Shown: positions 30,497-40,991, counted from the first letter of the stretch. The stretch is 64,000 nucleotides of DNA from a virus (IMGVR_UViG_3300010362_000014:10740-74739), one strand, 5' to 3'. The notes: a model not told the origin generated them from the sequence alone. Translations and numbers: made by a program.

Positions 30497-30892
30497 TTAA
30501 TCTTTAATGTCAAATTCGCCATCCTTAGCACCTAGCAGGAATGCCTCCCACTCGGCTTTGTTGAATTTTAATACAGGTCCGCTCGGGTCCTTACTGTCGC
30601 GCACCAATATAGCAAGTTCCTCAGGCCGATTAACTTCCACGCAACTAGCGCTATCAGCACTTGCTTCTGATTTTAACCAATCTCCACTAACCTGAAGACA
30701 CTCTCCGCCTGAATAACTAGATTTATTCCAGGCCCCCACTTCTACACAATTCCCATTACCGCCTGAATAACTAGATTTATTCCACACACCTATCTCCACA
30801 CAATCGCCAGGAACGCAGAAACTAGATTTTACCCAATCTACTTCTACGCAAGCTCCATTATCCGCTGAATAGCTGGATTTCCTAAAACTCAT
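30497..30892 (-). CDS. DUF397 (BldB-like) domain protein
   Basis: C-terminus SCVEVNRPEELAILVRDSKDPSGPVLKFNKAEWEAFLLGAKDGEFD matches the DUF397 consensus. The N-terminus holds 3 extra partial KSSYSGGNGNCVEV repeats. Confidence 0.65.
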   Translation of the reverse strand: MSFRKSSYSADNGACVEVDWVKSSFCVPGDCVEIGVWNKSSYSGGNGNCVEVGAWNKSSYSGGECLQVSGDWLKSEASADSASCVEVNRPEELAILVRDSKDPSGPVLKFNKAEWEAFLLGAKDGEFDIKD

Positions 30893-31191
30893 TTAACTAT
30901 CTCCTTTAATCTATTTGCGGATTCTTTTGCACGCGCAAGAGACTTATCCCATGAATCGTCAAGGCCCATTATTGGTGGATCTAATTCCTCGGCTATCACT
31001 GCATGGGCGAAATCAGCAATGTCCTTGACATCATCTGGTGTTACGGCCTGAGTCCATACATGCACAAAACATGCTTGTCTGATCCACCGCAGTCCAGATT
31101 TCAGACGCGATATCTCCGTGTCTCTCCGCTCAATCAATCTCCCTAATTGTTCAACTGAAGCATCAGTTTCTCTAATCATAATTACCACCAA
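30889..31191 (-). CDS. hypothetical protein
   Basis: Coupled ORF. Confidence 0.25.
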   Translation of the reverse strand: MVVIMIRETDASVEQLGRLIERRDTEISRLKSGLRWIRQACFVHVWTQAVTPDDVKDIADFAHAVIAEELDPPIMGLDDSWDKSLARAKESANRLKEIVK

Positions 31192-31392
31192 CTAAGTTTG
31201 CTTAAAAAGTTCTATCTCGTATATATTTGAACATATCCAGTCTTTAGTTGATTTGCCTTTTTTATTGTAAACACGTATCATCGCACGCTTATTGGACCCA
31301 TCGGGAAATATTTGGATACTTATTTTATAACCCGTGAATTCCTTTGTCACTGTTGTGGAATCACCAGCTCCATATACTGCAACCGCCCTCAT

Positions 31393-32742
31393 TTAATTGT
31401 CTCCTATTAACTTTTTGATCCATTCTCGCTTGAGGAGAATCTGATTGGCTCTTGAATTATCAATTGTATGTGCGGATTTAATGTGAATTACCTGGACTGC
31501 ATTCGCTTGGCCAATTCTATGACATCTGTCTTCAGCCTGGGAATTTATTGAATGTGACCAACTAAGATCAATAAATATAACCGTCGATGAACGAGTTAGG
31601 GTGATACCTACACCGCCAGCGCTTATTGTGCCAGCGAATACTTTAAGCTTTCCATCCTGAAAATCTTCGATTATTCTTTCACGTTCCTTAGCAGGTGTTT
31701 TGCCGATGTAAAGGCCATGTGGAATACCAGCTCTCTGCAGACGTTTTCCTAGTAGCTCGATCATTTGCGAGAACTGAGAAAATACTACTACTGGCTCTGT
31801 ACTTTCGTCAATAAGTTCCATCACCGCATCGAGCTTGCTCGATGGTTCGGTGAGTTTTACCTGACCTGTCTCCTCGTCAAATTCTGCAAATGCATCTGAA
31901 AATTGCTGAAGACGTGTCAGTTGTGCGATCACGACCGGTGCTGTTAGAGGTTCACGTTCATTTTCGCCCAACCAGGCTATCATAGTTTTACGCATAGACT
32001 CGTAGGCACGTTCTTGTTCCGTAGTTAAATCAACAACGATATCCGTATAATATTTATCTGGTAAGTCCGGAAGTACTTCTTCTTTCTTGCGACGAAGATA
32101 AAATCCGCTCATTAATGACTGAAGTTTCTCCGGATTTTGAATACCAACAATTTGCTTATATCCAGTGTGCTCTACAACAATTAGATATTCATTAACGTAG
32201 CGCCAATAACTGCTCCAATATCTTGGATATAGCCAATTCAGGATACTCCATAAATCGTCCGGTTTATCGAATGCTGGTGTTCCGGATAACCCAGTCTTGT
32301 AGTCCGTTTTAATCTTCTTAAATGCTATTGACTGCTTGGTTTTTCTATTTTGAATAGCATGTATCTCATCGCCAATAACATGAAACCAATGTCTATTTGC
32401 AAGTTCTGGAATTAAGCGAATAGCTTGCCAATGGCAGATATAGACATCGGCATCCCCGTTAACAACGGAATCCACGAACGGCGTCCTGTTTTTGTTGTTG
32501 ATTACTGATATTTTAAGGTGCGGTGCGAGCATTCGCCAGTGATTCGTCCAGGATCCTACCACAGCAAGCGGGGTGACAATAAGAGTCTTAGGAGAATCTT
32601 TTGGTAAAAGAAGGTTCCTACGTTCCAAATCCATTACAATGGCCTGTACCGTTTTTCCTAGACCCATGTCGTCGCCCAATAAAATGCATCTCGTTGTTTT
32701 AAAAGTGTCTACCCAATATTGCTGAAAGGGAAACAATTCCAT
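31393..32742 (-). CDS. SNF2-family DEAD/H helicase
   Basis: Motif I LGDDMGLGKTVQAI, motif II DEIHAIQN, motif VI QAEDRCHRIGQ. Confidence 0.8.
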   Translation of the reverse strand: MELFPFQQYWVDTFKTTRCILLGDDMGLGKTVQAIVMDLERRNLLLPKDSPKTLIVTPLAVVGSWTNHWRMLAPHLKISVINNKNRTPFVDSVVNGDADVYICHWQAIRLIPELANRHWFHVIGDEIHAIQNRKTKQSIAFKKIKTDYKTGLSGTPAFDKPDDLWSILNWLYPRYWSSYWRYVNEYLIVVEHTGYKQIVGIQNPEKLQSLMSGFYLRRKKEEVLPDLPDKYYTDIVVDLTTEQERAYESMRKTMIAWLGENEREPLTAPVVIAQLTRLQQFSDAFAEFDEETGQVKLTEPSSKLDAVMELIDESTEPVVVFSQFSQMIELLGKRLQRAGIPHGLYIGKTPAKERERIIEDFQDGKLKVFAGTISAGGVGITLTRSSTVIFIDLSWSHSINSQAEDRCHRIGQANAVQVIHIKSAHTIDNSRANQILLKREWIKKLIGDN

Positions 32743-33005
32743 CTTATTATCACCTCCTAAAAATCATAGTTACATGGATTTCCTAAAAATCTACAACATC
32801 GTCGTTCATATTATCTAGATTTTCTAGGTCATTCCATCTAAATGGTATCGGCCATGAAGCAGAAGCACATGCAAAATCTACTCTAATATCAAAGAAAAAT
32901 ACTCTGCTTTCGTCATCCACAATATCATAGTGAGATATTATTTCATCAACAACAAAATCGCACGATATAATATCATCTTCCCATTGATCTACATTTGTAA
33001 AATCG

Positions 33006-33314
33006 TTACCTACCTCTGACTTCATCCTTCCTCAATGTCTGCTCGTATAATCCCTGGTAGTAGTTTTGCCATTCATCTGTTCTATCAGCAACAGTCTTGA
33101 AGCTCTTATCATGACCCTGTGGCTGCACAATGGTACCATCGCGTCGAACTTGTACCACCCAACCTGATTTACGGTACCATTTGCAGCGTGCATTTAGACA
33201 TTCAAAAACATGTAGCATATCGCCGCGCCGCCCTGTGGGGCTAGCAGAGGCAAAGCGCCCCTGCTCGCCACATCTAGGACATCTCTTTGCTTCCTCCAGA
33301 GTTGTATCTGGCAT
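33006..33314 (-). CDS. small zinc-ribbon protein
   Basis: CPRCG...CLNARC. Confidence 0.3.
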   Translation of the reverse strand: MPDTTLEEAKRCPRCGEQGRFASASPTGRRGDMLHVFECLNARCKWYRKSGWVVQVRRDGTIVQPQGHDKSFKTVADRTDEWQNYYQGLYEQTLRKDEVRGR

Positions 33315-33852
33315 CTAACTCCGCCACCACCGATCTAATATCTTCTACTGCAATACGGAGGCCGTCAACTATTTGCCTCAATTGCTTTATCTCATCCGTA
33401 AGATTTATTATTTTTGCCTTTTGATCGGTTTGTTGCTGCAGAATTACATTTGTACGACTCGGATGTACCCTTGGAGTATCTCTAATTTGCTTCTGGTGAA
33501 CTTTTTCAATCTGAGTTATTGTTGGTCTGAAATTTAATTGTATTATGCCGGGTAAGATACGGTTCGACGCAGATAATCTAGTCATGGCTCCAACGTCGTA
33601 AAGATGCTTTGCGACCTGAGTAGCCTGCAGCGGTTTTAACCCAAGCTTTGCTGCAGTAGCTTTGATGTAGCCATCAAAAATTCTAATATCCGCGCTTGGC
33701 TGATTTTGTGGATAATTTATACCAATCAGATCAATTGGCTTAACAAGTTTTGATTCAGAATATAGCATGTCCCATAATTGGACGGCTGTCTGAATAGTTA
33801 ATAATGGTTGTTTATCGGGCATTTTCTGCCCAACCAATTGGACGTATAACAC
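33274..33852 (-). CDS. hypothetical protein
   Basis: ORF, C-terminus coiled-coil-like. Confidence 0.25.
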   Translation of the reverse strand: MLYVQLVGQKMPDKQPLLTIQTAVQLWDMLYSESKLVKPIDLIGINYPQNQPSADIRIFDGYIKATAAKLGLKPLQATQVAKHLYDVGAMTRLSASNRILPGIIQLNFRPTITQIEKVHQKQIRDTPRVHPSRTNVILQQQTDQKAKIINLTDEIKQLRQIVDGLRIAVEDIRSVVAELDARYNSGGSKEMS

Positions 33853-34723
33853 CTTGACTACGGTTCCAGTTCATTTGGAACCGTCGTACTCCATTTACAT
33901 AATCATTCCAGCCCTTGATATAGCAGAAAAAGTGCTTGAATGATTGTCTAGTCCTTATCGTTTTGTGTTGAGAGTTACGGATCATATATTCGCGAAGTGA
34001 GAAGATTGGATTGCCCTTGAGATTCTCAGGACTATCTTCGTATTCACCATTTTTAAGTTGGTCGATAAATTTTTCGTGTGGACCATCCGGTAGCGCCCTA
34101 TGGCATACGTGCATGGCCGCTACTGCGGATGATATAATCATCCCAACTCGTCCGACACCGTTCGCATCGTATAGATAATCGCCGAGATTTTCCTGTTGTG
34201 TAAGCTCACGAATATCGTGAGGTGTAATGAGTGCCCTATTCCATTGAGTAATCTCTGGGTAGTTATCGAATAGACTAACTATCCGGCCTGCTGCCCCCAA
34301 GGTTGTACCATTGCGGACTCCAGACATGGCAAGTATCTGACCGGTAGTGCGGTTTCGTCCGACATCAATATGATCAAAGACATCAGGCTGAAGTCCGCGA
34401 GTCACTAAAGTGGTAAATGTAATGTTGGGATCTGGTTCAAGTCCTCGAACAGTCTCGGTTGCTGCCATAACGAGTGCCATTAATCTTTGCTGACCATCGG
34501 TAAGATCGCCATTAATATCAAACCCGATGCCCTGTGGAGTTAATTTCCACTGGCCCCGCCGCATGTCAAAGGCATAACGCTGGATAGAAGTCATGCTGAT
34601 CGGACGGTTAGTACGTTCGGTATTATCGTAGGAAAAAAGTTTGTTATGCTCAAGATATTCAAGAGCTTTCTTCAGGCTGATTACCTCAACCCTTGTTTGA
34701 GTTTGCATCCTCACTGCTTTCAT
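33812..34723 (-). CDS. ParB-like nuclease domain protein
   Basis: GDLTDGQQRLMAL resembles the ParB/Srx DGxHR box. Confidence 0.5.
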   Translation of the reverse strand: MKAVRMQTQTRVEVISLKKALEYLEHNKLFSYDNTERTNRPISMTSIQRYAFDMRRGQWKLTPQGIGFDINGDLTDGQQRLMALVMAATETVRGLEPDPNITFTTLVTRGLQPDVFDHIDVGRNRTTGQILAMSGVRNGTTLGAAGRIVSLFDNYPEITQWNRALITPHDIRELTQQENLGDYLYDANGVGRVGMIISSAVAAMHVCHRALPDGPHEKFIDQLKNGEYEDSPENLKGNPIFSLREYMIRNSQHKTIRTRQSFKHFFCYIKGWNDYVNGVRRFQMNWNRSQGVIRPIGWAENAR

Positions 34724-34910
34724 ATATTTTTATAAGCCAATATATCTTAGGTCTAGTCATCCCGAATAACCTTGATAGATCGCTTGGGTTTGTACCTAGG
34801 CGAATTAATGATTTTAATGCTCTTCCCGCATCTATTCTAGCGTTTTCTATATCTCTTTCTAATCGCTGCAATCTATATACTGTCTCCCTATGTGTAGTCT
34901 GTTTATCCAT
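34686..34910 (-). CDS. small HTH DNA-binding protein
   Basis: LSRLFGMTRPKIYWLIK is helix-turn-helix-like. Confidence 0.3.
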   Translation of the reverse strand: MDKQTTHRETVYRLQRLERDIENARIDAGRALKSLIRLGTNPSDLSRLFGMTRPKIYWLIKIYESSEDANSNKG

Positions 34911-34914
34911 AGTA

Positions 34915-35439
34915 TCAGCTCACTGAGAATTCATTAGAAATCAAATTATTAATCTGTTCTAAATCCGTCGGAAAGTCTTCAGTGAGCTCATCTAAACTCT
35001 CATAAAATGGAACATTGAAACATTCCGAAACGAGTTTAGTTCCGTCTCGAATCCAAGTAAAATTCGGAGCAAGCGCAACCACTCTCGCCTTCTCCGCACG
35101 AAATCCGGATGTTCCAAGGATAATTCTTCCATAAGCTTCAATTACCCCGAATACAGGAATCCTTGTTGTTGGTATAATAGGCGGCATATACAGTCCATAC
35201 AATCCACATTTACATGCAAGTTCAGGAGCTAGAGTGTCATGATATAAACAACGTTCATAAAAATTCGATGTAGACCTATAATAGCGAGAATGACAATGCG
35301 CCAAATTTTCGCCTATGGACCATATATTAATGGGATATCCACCAATAGACATTAATTTATTGTCCCGCAAGAACCAGCTTCTATATCCTCTGAGTACCCC
35401 AGGAATGAGTTCTATTTCTTTATTGCTATATTCAGACAC
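34915..35439 (-). CDS. hypothetical protein, RGYR-W/GFRAE family paralog A
   Basis: Shares LxPGxLRGYRxW, CxCGxYGxY and ILGxSGFRAExA blocks with 37223..37972. Confidence 0.4.
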   Translation of the reverse strand: MSEYSNKEIELIPGVLRGYRSWFLRDNKLMSIGGYPINIWSIGENLAHCHSRYYRSTSNFYERCLYHDTLAPELACKCGLYGLYMPPIIPTTRIPVFGVIEAYGRIILGTSGFRAEKARVVALAPNFTWIRDGTKLVSECFNVPFYESLDELTEDFPTDLEQINNLISNEFSVS

Positions 35440-35685
35440 TAACAGGTTCCTTTTCCGTTTCAGGAACTACCGGCTCAGGGTCTTGAATGGGCTCAGGAAT
35501 CTCGATCGGTTCGAATTCCACCTCTTTGATGATTTCGCCTATATTCATTTCTTACCTCCATTATTATGAGAGCCATTGATATTATAGCGATATATACATA
35601 TGCAATCTTGATATACCAAGCATGGGCTGATAGTATACAAAAGATACTAAATCCTAATGCTAAAATGAATCCCATCATTTTAGCA

Positions 35686-36297
35686 TTAATGGAACCAATT
35701 ATAATAGTTTTCACGTTCCTCGAACCTTATGAACGTCGGTTGTGTGCCTTGTAACATCTGTTGGTGCCACATAAGCATTCTACCAACTCTACCATTACCA
35801 TCTATGAATGGATGAATTTTCTCAAATTCAATATGTAAAATTTTTGGATCTTCACCAGAATTGTACAACTTGATCCAGTCGTCCATAAGATCTGGAATAT
35901 CATTCGGATCTGCCACTCTGGATTGAGTCCCAGTTATATAAACCTTACACTTACGATATTGGCCTATTTCCGGTCCGTGAAGGAAATTAAGCATAATTAG
36001 GCGATGAACTCTTAGTATTATTTCTGTTGTTAGAGTCTTACGTATCCTAAGATAAAACCATGCATCTAGACTTTGATCAATTTCCTTAAGGGAAACAACT
36101 CCCTCAATCATATTAGAATGGCGAATAAGGCTTGCCATATCTGGACCGTTTGTCTTAATCGGCATCGACCTATAGCTTCCATCTGGATTGACAAATGCTC
36201 TTGTTGGCCGATGACAGCATGGCTTTACCCACAAGTTGAGATAATGCGAATATGCAAAACCGAAGCTTGGCTTTGCACAACTACACCATGAAGTCAT
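35686..36297 (-). CDS. Fic/Doc family protein
   Basis: Canonical Fic motif HPFIDGNGRVGR. Confidence 0.75.
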   Translation of the reverse strand: MTSWCSCAKPSFGFAYSHYLNLWVKPCCHRPTRAFVNPDGSYRSMPIKTNGPDMASLIRHSNMIEGVVSLKEIDQSLDAWFYLRIRKTLTTEIILRVHRLIMLNFLHGPEIGQYRKCKVYITGTQSRVADPNDIPDLMDDWIKLYNSGEDPKILHIEFEKIHPFIDGNGRVGRMLMWHQQMLQGTQPTFIRFEERENYYNWFH

Positions 36298-36565
36298 CTC
36301 TTTCCAAAAAATTTTCTAAGTAATTTCTGAGAGCTATTCCATCTGGGAGATCACCAATATCATACATTAGATTTTTCAATTTTTTAGCAGATATCCATCC
36401 CAGGTCATATTCTTCCGGAAAATAAATATCAGGTTCTATTAGAACTCTTACTTTCCGTTTACTCCAAAATCTCTTATATGTTAGTATAAGTATCCCTACG
36501 TTTTCTTTGGGTATTTCGTAACTTTTATGGAATAGGTCGTACCATATATACCTCATCCATTTCAT
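36281..36565 (-). CDS. small protein upstream of and overlapping the fic start (possible Fic partner)
   Basis: 17-nt overlap with the fic start codon region. 94 aa. Confidence 0.3.
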   Translation of the reverse strand: MKWMRYIWYDLFHKSYEIPKENVGILILTYKRFWSKRKVRVLIEPDIYFPEEYDLGWISAKKLKNLMYDIGDLPDGIALRNYLENFLERDDFMV

Positions 36566-36587
36566 TTTGCCTCCTATTTCTATCTTG

Positions 36588-36660
36588 CGCCCCTAGTAGG
36601 ACTCGAACCTACAGCCTACGGATTAGAAGTCCGTTGTTCTATCCCTTGAACTATAGAGGC
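36588..36660 (-). tRNA. tRNA-Arg (anticodon TCT)
   Basis: Hand-folded cloverleaf. Acceptor GCCTCTA/TAGGGGC, D stem GTTC/GAAC, anticodon stem ACGGA/TCCGT with loop CTTCTAA, T arm GTAGG-TTCGAGT-CCTAC. Confidence 0.75.
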
Positions 36661-36674
36661 ACTGAATCCATATT

Positions 36675-36968
36675 CTATCCTAACGTTATATTTGCTCCAT
36701 AATGACTACTAAGTTCTTCTTGATACATATCACGCTCACGTTCCATAGATTCCGCTAGCGCTTCGAAGTACTCTTCTTGTGTAATTATTCCCCTAGCCAT
36801 GAGGACTGCGACTAACGCCGAATGGTCCACCATTGCCGAATTTACACCAACTCTAAGATGCTTTGGCGATGTTTCTGCCCCATCAAGTTCCATCTTTGCT
36901 GTTACACCGGATTGCATCGCATGCAGAGCATCATGGTACCTTTGTATAGAGGATTCCATATCCGTCAT
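36675..36968 (-). CDS. hypothetical protein
   Basis: ORF. Confidence 0.3.
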   Translation of the reverse strand: MTDMESSIQRYHDALHAMQSGVTAKMELDGAETSPKHLRVGVNSAMVDHSALVAVLMARGIITQEEYFEALAESMERERDMYQEELSSHYGANITLG

Positions 36969-37222
36969 TCGCTCTCCTTCCCACCACCAGCATCAATGAT
37001 AAGCAATAGGTTATCAGGCTCGCCAAGCCTTTTCCACCAACTCTTCCTGATGTAAATTGTATCAACAACCGGATAAGTCTCATCATCTATGACGGCCTTA
37101 AACTGTACTGTATTCTTCGTTTCCTTCTGCCAAACCATAGTAACTTCTGCAGCACTTTTCATATCTAATCAATCCTTAGTTCCTTAGTTCCTTACATGCT
37201 ACAAGTACAATTCATTAGTTTC

Positions 37223-37972
37223 TTAATATGGTAGTCTATTAATCAATGGCATACGATATCCACAATTTCTACAAACAATACAAGAAACCGCCATCGTCGA
37301 TTCAATCTCTTTTTGTGATTGATACGACACCAAGCCACACCTACATTTGCGACTAATTATATCATGTTCGGACTCGTGTTTAGGTTCGGATAGAATCGCA
37401 TTGATATTTTGTAGAGGAAATTCCGTTTCTAAGTATCTGAGTCCCAGATAACACGGGACCTTATATAGCCCGGCAATATGCCGGAGTAGTGAACCTTGCG
37501 TATTATTACCACAAATGGCCGTAATTTTAGCATATTCGGCTCTGAATCCACTTTCACCTAATATTACCTTTCCCCACGCATCAAAGCATCCATATATTGC
37601 ATACGGGCTCCTACAATGCGCAAAAATATTAGTGGGATTATAAACACCATATACACCACAAGTGCAATCTATTGCAGGAGCAGGATGGTCAAAGTGTGGA
37701 TTATTACGATTCTTTCCAGAAGCGTACAAGCACCTAGCCTTTATTTTTGTAACTGGCCACTTAATCCGATAATCGTTGACAGACGTTAGATAGGAATATT
37801 CTCCCCATGAAGTATGATCCCATGGGATATGATCCCAATCCTGGGCATCCCAATAGGACTTCACATCAAGGTGTTGTAGCTTTGGCATCCATGCCCGATA
37901 TCCTCGTAGCTTGCCTGGGACTAATAATCTCTCTGGTCCGGTAAATGTCATTAGATATCCCTTAGATTTCAT
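37223..37972 (-). CDS. hypothetical protein, RGYR-W/GFRAE family paralog B with C-terminal zinc ribbon
   Basis: Paralog of 34915..35439, plus a C-terminal CRCG...CIVCRNCG. Confidence 0.4.
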   Translation of the reverse strand: MKSKGYLMTFTGPERLLVPGKLRGYRAWMPKLQHLDVKSYWDAQDWDHIPWDHTSWGEYSYLTSVNDYRIKWPVTKIKARCLYASGKNRNNPHFDHPAPAIDCTCGVYGVYNPTNIFAHCRSPYAIYGCFDAWGKVILGESGFRAEYAKITAICGNNTQGSLLRHIAGLYKVPCYLGLRYLETEFPLQNINAILSEPKHESEHDIISRKCRCGLVSYQSQKEIESTMAVSCIVCRNCGYRMPLINRLPY

Positions 37973-38396
37973 ATTTTTCTTTAAATCGGACCTGCTGGCC
38001 TCCCGTTACGCCTATTACCAAGCCCGTGATCGGTAAATTGGACTAAGTAACCAGCAGATCCTTTATTTTGAGAGGGGGAAATAATAGGTTAATCTAGAAT
38101 CCCCTACCATCCAGGGCGCCCGCCCAAAGTTTGCCTGTCAAGATTCGAACTTGAATTTTCAGATCCATGATCTCAGGCAAATACCTTAGACGCTGATCTT
38201 ATGTATAGAACATTCATTTTCCGGATCAAGCATGTCGATATATAGGCTACGCCCGGTTTCGTCATCTGGAATAAATACTATTGGACATATACACTTGGGA
38301 TTCTTAATTCTATAAATCATCTCTTGGACTTCATCGAGTCTATCGTGAATTTTATCGATATAATCTAATGAACTGTAATTAAATAAATCGAGAAAC

Positions 38397-38939
38397 CTAC
38401 GTAACCTTTGAAACATAATTTTCCATCGCTATCTCGAATTGTTCCGGAAGATCCCAACCTAACTCTATAAGTCTTCTTATTGCCTTAACTGTTGCGCCGG
38501 CGCCTTGACCGTCGAAAACAGCACTGTTCATTACGTAATCTAGGGCATCGGTATATCCGCGATCTATAACCAGGAACGGTAGCACATTATGAAGTATTAC
38601 TGCCATTGATGCGCCAGTCATTGTCCACTTAGATGTATTTACTATTCCGCCTTTGGCAAGAAATGGATATTCATCATGCATTGCCCATACATGCACATGA
38701 GGCTCGGGACAATGTTCGTTACATGCCCGCCGCATCCAATCCTTGGTAGCTCTCGACTCAGAAATCTCCGGTTTTGTTCCAGTAAGCGACGAGAGTTTGC
38801 GAACCACGGCAAGCTCTTTAGTTTGAACATATAAAGTTAACTGTCTTGTATTACGTGTTTTATTTCGTTTTTCGACAATTCTTCCTTTAAGGTCGATGAC
38901 TCCTGCCATCCACCCAAGCTGTTGAGCTGGAATACTCAT
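38397..38939 (-). CDS. hypothetical protein
   Basis: ORF. Weak resemblance to LAGLIDADG (GWMAGVIDLKG) is not relied on. Confidence 0.25.
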   Translation of the reverse strand: MSIPAQQLGWMAGVIDLKGRIVEKRNKTRNTRQLTLYVQTKELAVVRKLSSLTGTKPEISESRATKDWMRRACNEHCPEPHVHVWAMHDEYPFLAKGGIVNTSKWTMTGASMAVILHNVLPFLVIDRGYTDALDYVMNSAVFDGQGAGATVKAIRRLIELGWDLPEQFEIAMENYVSKVT

Positions 38940-39477
38940 GTCTTCTCAATCTTATTTTCCGTCTTCCAAGAATTGAAGGTATCACTGGATACCCTTCTGG
39001 GTATCATTACATCACCATATACATACATGAGCAGCCAATACTCACCGCACTCACACTGCCAAATAGTTCTATCTTCTCTATTGCTGATTCCTGATACATC
39101 GCACTTATGCAATTTTCCTATTATCTTACCGCTCATTTGCCCATCTTCTTTAACAGGACCTGTGATAGTATAACTTTCAGGCGATTCTTTTTCTCATCAT
39201 CATCGAGATGAATGCCAGAATTATCTATAGCGTATGATAATGCTAGATCCAATAACTGCAAGTCCTGGTAATCCAGATTCGCAAGCTTGTATCGTTTACC
39301 GATCATTCATGCCTCGATCTACTTTTCATTTTTTCTTGTATTTTCACTATCCGATCTAGATCTACAGGTAGCGTAGATCTAAACTCTACCGGAGCATAGT
39401 TGAAATAGAAGTCTATGATACTTACGAGTGCCCTTACATCATCTTTGGTTAAACTTAAACTCAATCTATCGGTCATG

Positions 39478-39551
39478 TGGGACAGGTGAGACTTGAACTC
39501 ACGATTACCATTTTATAAGAATGGGGCCTTAACCATCTTGGCCACTGTCCC
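39478..39551 (-). tRNA. tRNA-Ile (anticodon TAT)
   Basis: Hand-folded. Acceptor GGGACAG/CTGTCCC, anticodon stem CCATT/AATGG with loop CTTATAA, T arm GTGAG-TTCAAGT-CTCAC. Confidence 0.65.
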
Positions 39552-39862
39552 TGGGCTAGCCTAAGCTAGCTTTTAATCATATAAATGCTTGTATTTCCGT
39601 CTAACTTGGCGTCTAATCTTACGCTTAAGTCTAAAAACTCTAAACTTTCGTAACAGGTAGTATCCATATGCTACTATAATTATCATAGTAGCAACAAATA
39701 CAGCCTGGAGTACGCTCACTTACGCTTCTTCGATTTTGACAAAAAACTCGGTGCCATCTTGTGTTTCCACCGCGATCTCGTTTTCACTAATGATTTCAAC
39801 AGTGTTGAGTTGATTTGAATCAAGTAGAAGACTCTCCAATTCCCTAAGTAGCTGCTTTAACG

Positions 39863-40342
39863 TCATCTTAGACAACCAATCTGTTCGACCTTCTCAGATA
39901 GCGTAGGAGCCTGTCTCGGAACATCAGGTGGCTTGACTAGCTTTGCCTTGAAAGCATTTGCAAGTTCGGCATTGTATCTAGCCTGTATGCTATTGTAGTT
40001 TGCTTCTCGCGCTAATGTTTGCGAAACTCGCTGTACTTTGATAGCCGGATCTGTCTCTGCATCTTCGGCCTTCTTAGCCGAACACCAATTCAGCGCCGAT
40101 GCCGTCAATGACTTATCGTAGGTGTAAGCAAAATCCCATTCAGAACTGACATGCTGTGGACTTATGATGTTTGCACCCGTGCTAAACCAACCACTAAGTA
40201 ATCCGATTACGGTAAATATTATACCAAAAATCAGAAATACTCCAATAGTTTTAAAGAGTAATCCAATTGGAGTCTGACGACGAAACCACCCAACTTCAGA
40301 CGAGTACTCATCGTCATGCATTTGTCCGAATGTTCTACCCAC
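39863..40342 (-). CDS. membrane protein
   Basis: N-terminal TM helix (IGVFLIFGIIFTVIGLLSGWF). Confidence 0.35.
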   Translation of the reverse strand: MGRTFGQMHDDEYSSEVGWFRRQTPIGLLFKTIGVFLIFGIIFTVIGLLSGWFSTGANIISPQHVSSEWDFAYTYDKSLTASALNWCSAKKAEDAETDPAIKVQRVSQTLAREANYNSIQARYNAELANAFKAKLVKPPDVPRQAPTLSEKVEQIGCLR

Positions 40343-40988
40343 TATGCACCAACCCTAGCAGTGCCGCCGCAGCAGGACATGGTGAGTCTGGCCTTGGATC
40401 TTTTGCCCTACACTTCTTTAATTCCGTCTGAACTTGTGCATCAATCGTATGCAAATCTACACCAGATGATACGGTAATATCAATCTTTGTAGACTGTTTT
40501 TGAATCACATCTGGAACATTGGTGCAATACATTTCTAGATTTGTAAAATCGTGATAGTTCCCGGCAGGGTCATATCCATATCTATATTCAGAACTTGTTC
40601 CATACATGCCTTGATCGTCAGGCAGTTCAGGATTGTACTTATATAGATAAGTGTTGTTATCTCCGTTATCGACCTCAGTAGTTGGCTTAGGCCGCTTATT
40701 GCTTGATGTTAACTTTCCAGCAATTGGCACTGTAAATGCTGCTGCATTTGGATTAGATGGATATGCAGTACACCAAATTAGTGCTGATGGATCATCAGAT
40801 TGAATGAGACGTGCGTTGTAATTGTGACCTTCGACATCATTCTTTGGTATATAATTCTTTCGATTATCTGCTACGTCCTTCGCTGTTGGGTTTTTAACAG
40901 TGTTATCCGATGTGCAAGCGCAACTAACCGTCAATAAAATTGGGATAGATGCTACTGCCACAATTTTCATCAATCTCGCAATGTTCAA
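40335..40988 (-). CDS. putative lipoprotein
   Basis: Signal peptide with a lipobox-like LTVSC(AC). Confidence 0.4.
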   Translation of the reverse strand: MNIARLMKIVAVASIPILLTVSCACTSDNTVKNPTAKDVADNRKNYIPKNDVEGHNYNARLIQSDDPSALIWCTAYPSNPNAAAFTVPIAGKLTSSNKRPKPTTEVDNGDNNTYLYKYNPELPDDQGMYGTSSEYRYGYDPAGNYHDFTNLEMYCTNVPDVIQKQSTKIDITVSSGVDLHTIDAQVQTELKKCRAKDPRPDSPCPAAAALLGLVHSG

Positions 40989-40991
40989 GTT

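Noticed and set aside
38128-38185. tRNA at 38128..38185 (minus)
   Set aside because: Only a T-arm-like GTTCGAATCTTGAC segment with an acceptor-like end is present. It is too short (about 50 nt) and has no D arm. Possibly a fragment.
38397-38939. LAGLIDADG homing endonuclease call
   Set aside because: Only a single weak GVIDLKG resemblance, with no second motif.
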